DNA of 63,938 bases, filler included, from Octopus bimaculoides (Eukaryota): the NCBI RefSeq assembly GCF_001194135.2. It is 8 parts of 6 records of this genome, joined end to end, with 100 filler letters (N's around TTAATTAATTAA, not from the genome) between each part and the next. Parts side by side here need not be neighbours in the genome. Positions count along the whole stretch, not along the records: positions 60,831 to 62,794 come from NC_069000.1; positions 62,895 to 63,938 come from NW_026324673.1; 6 more parts are not named here. The stretch is one strand, 5' to 3'. The notes beneath the pieces were generated by a model. That model saw only the letters and a program-made list of their open reading frames with translations. It did no database searches and was not told the origin of the DNA. Shown in pieces: positions 61,480 through 63,938 of the stretch (its first letter is position 1; every line of letters starts with the position of its first letter). The translations under genes and the position numbers were made by a program.

Positions 61480-61822
61480 GATCTTTCTGAATTGACGGGC
61501 ACCACTTGTTTTCTAAACGAAACACTTTCAAACTTGGGATACTGGTAGAATGTGTCATATAAAACATCTTTTTCTCTTAGCCTTCTTAACAAAAATTTCA
61601 ATATTGCAAGCTATTTCATGTTAAAGTTGTCGTATTTCTGTAATTTCAACCAATCACTGACGTCTATTCAGCTGAATACAGTTACTGCTGTTTTTGTAAA
61701 CAAACATTTTTGTCGGTGTCAAGATCGTTATTCCCTAGTAAGGGTTTAGGGTTTTAGGGTTATGAGTTAGGTTATGGCAAAAATAATCATAACCCTAACC
61801 CTAAAACCCGAACCCTAACCCA
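61480..61822. mobile_element. Half copy of the 12.2-kb fold-back MITE family with a rearranged telomere-like core
   Basis: AACGAAACACTTTCAAACTTGG...GTAGAATGTGTCATATAAAACATCTTTTTCTCTTAG...AATTTCAACCAATCACTGAC nearly identical to 12205-12360. Confidence 0.9.
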
Positions 61823-62192
61823 ATGGTGCCTGTCAATACTCTTTGTTAAGTAGACAAAGTATGTTGACTTTATAGTGCTAGATAGGCTCAGGGAGAAAGG
61901 TGCGAAAAGATGGATTCGTTGTTGAAGCCAGTTCTAGGTGAAGTCATGATTGGTTTGAAATTTTTTATCACACCGGTAATACTCTAGCGAATCGCCGAGC
62001 ATTCCCGCTATAGGTGTATTAATTTGAATTTGTTAAATACAATTTTATCTTTTCATATTTATTTTATATTTTAAGTATATATTTAGACTGTTTCCAGAGA
62101 ACCGGAAAATCCAGAAACCTGAATAGTTTGAGTCTTGCACTATACTTAAGAGTGAAAATAATTAAATGAGATGAAGAAAGAAATTCACTTAC

Positions 62193-62230
62193 CTGCGTTA
62201 GACTTTGGTTTTCGCCACGCCCATTTTACC
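62193..62230 (-). CDS. Candidate 38-nt micro-exon (45 nt with the upstream alternative AG)
   Basis: Minus strand TTATTTGTTTTAGTTCTTAG|GGTAAAATGG...AACGCAG|GTAAGTG; single open frame VKWAWRKPKSNA. Confidence 0.45.
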
Positions 62231-62644
62231 CTAAGAACTAAAACAAATAACCAAACAAACAAATAAACATACAGAAAGGGAATGTTTGAGGTTTTAGTTA
62301 TTTTTCTGTTCTTTTCGATTATGATGGACAAAAGTATTAATGACTTGCCAACGGAAAAATACGAGTTGTTTCTTTTTTTTACATGTTTCTATTTTCGTTT
62401 TTATTAAACACAATATTTTAATTATTTACAAATATTTTTAAGTGAATGAAATTTCAAAAATGCAAGTTGTTTGTACAGTAAGTATTTATATTTTAGTTTT
62501 CTTTAAACAGACAATATTTTAATCTTTTTAAAAATTATTTTCAAGTTAATACCATTACACAAATTATTTTTGGCATATCTAAAAAATATTTTCAAGTGAA
62601 AATGACTTTAAAAATACAGTAAATATTTCGTAAAAAACCCGTTC

Positions 62645-62790
62645 GTAACCTCGGTGTGAAATAATTTTTTTCCATAGGTTTTTTTTCGAGTGCATTCAAC
62701 GTATCTGACCTCCAAAGATTTCGCTGCTAATTCTAGCACGCCCTGCTACAACGTAACAATTATCTGCGATAAAGGACCGGAAATAGCTGT
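62645..62790 (+). repeat. Internally deleted copy of the 22140-22425 repeat
   Basis: AACCTCGGTGTGAAATAATTTTTTCCATAGG...TATCTGACCTCC joined directly to CTAGCACGCCCTGCTAC. Confidence 0.7.
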
Positions 62791-63058
62791 TACGNNNNNN
62801 NNNNNNNNNNNNNNNNNNNNNNNNNNNNNNNNNNNNNNTTAATTAATTAANNNNNNNNNNNNNNNNNNNNNNNNNNNNNNNNNNNNNNNNNNNNTATATA
62901 TATAAGAATTAAAATAAAAGCTCCTAATTTGAGCTTTGGTTTTAATTCTTATCTTTTGTCTCGGGTTCGACCCAAGCACTTCTTAAGCAGTCCTATATAT
63001 TTCGTAAGAAAGAAGTATAATATTATATATATATTTATATATAGACTAATCTATCTAC

Positions 63059-63118
<60 letters not shown>

Positions 63119-63938
63119 ATACATAGATATAGATCACATTTTGTGTCTATTAAGACCTAAAAAGTTCTCGAGAACTTTTTAGGTCTTAATAGACACAAAA
63201 TGTAATCTATTTCTAGCGCATTAATTGTCCACGTTAGTGGTCGACGTTATTTTTTAAATGTACCTTAATCCCCTGAGATTGCAGATAATATTTCTGAATC
63301 TCTTTGATTCTTTAAATGTGCTGGCCCCCTGATAATTAATCGATATTAATTAATATATTAATATATGACTAATTACCAGATCTTATAATAATATTTATAT
63401 AGATATACATGTAGATGTAGATAGAGAGATGAAGGTAGAAAGAGAAAATTTGATAATAATAAAAAAAAAAGAAACAGAATTAGCAAATGTTATACAAATA
63501 ATCAAGCTGACTACAATCTTGTGTGCAGATTTATTCCTTACACCAAATTCCATATTACAGTTCTTAATCATCTCGCTATTATATTAGGTGATGAAACACG
63601 GGTCGAGGTTAACCCTCTCTTTTAAAGTTACTAAAACATATTTTGTTTTTCTCAACTCTCAAATACGTTCATATAAGTTGGCTTTGACTCAACCCTCACT
63701 TTTCATTTTTGTTTTACCCCCTTCCAAATCACACACCTTTAAAAAAGAAAAAAAAAAAATTTTTAAGGTGAATCATTTTTTTTTCTTTTTGTTTTTTGCT
63801 GTTGTTTCTTCTGCTTAAAATTTTGCATAATATTCTGTTTGGATGACTGCCAAGAATTAAGGGGGAAAAGTTTTGAGTGAATCCTTTCAACACTAGTTCC
63901 CTTAACAGATAATGCTTTGTTGTTGTTGTCGGTGGTGG

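Overview
Eukaryotic, AT-rich, microsatellite-dense, gapped scaffold DNA. The SINE and repeat repertoire looks like Octopus to me; that is recognition from memory, not a database search. There is no prokaryotic-style system, CRISPR array, or recognisable rRNA/tRNA gene. The window is mostly layered transposon relics: a CR1/L2-group LINE, four Tx1/L1-clade segments, HERO and R4/Dong RLE retrotransposons, three RTE fragments, one Neptune-like and three Hydra-like Penelope elements, two Tc1/mariner elements, a gypsy integrase scrap, Helitron-like ends, two SINE families and MITEs. A few isolated minus-strand micro-exon candidates suggest the window may be intronic to an unidentified gene. Most interesting observations: (1) a fold-back MITE with an 8-bp TSD whose core is an inverted telomeric (CCCTAA)/(TTAGGG) array, plus a second relative with a rearranged telomeric core; (2) a LINE and the dominant SINE share a 3' tail whose stem-loop has compensatory changes; (3) two hammerhead-like folds with non-canonical cores; (4) a nearly intact Hydra-like PLE; (5) triple hairpins in a Tx1 3'UTR; (6) a 60-nt unique-sequence hairpin; (7) a 38-aa membrane smORF. 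Family assignments rest on hand-read motifs and all coordinates of degraded elements are approximate. TTAATTAATTAA inside N runs is an assembly linker.
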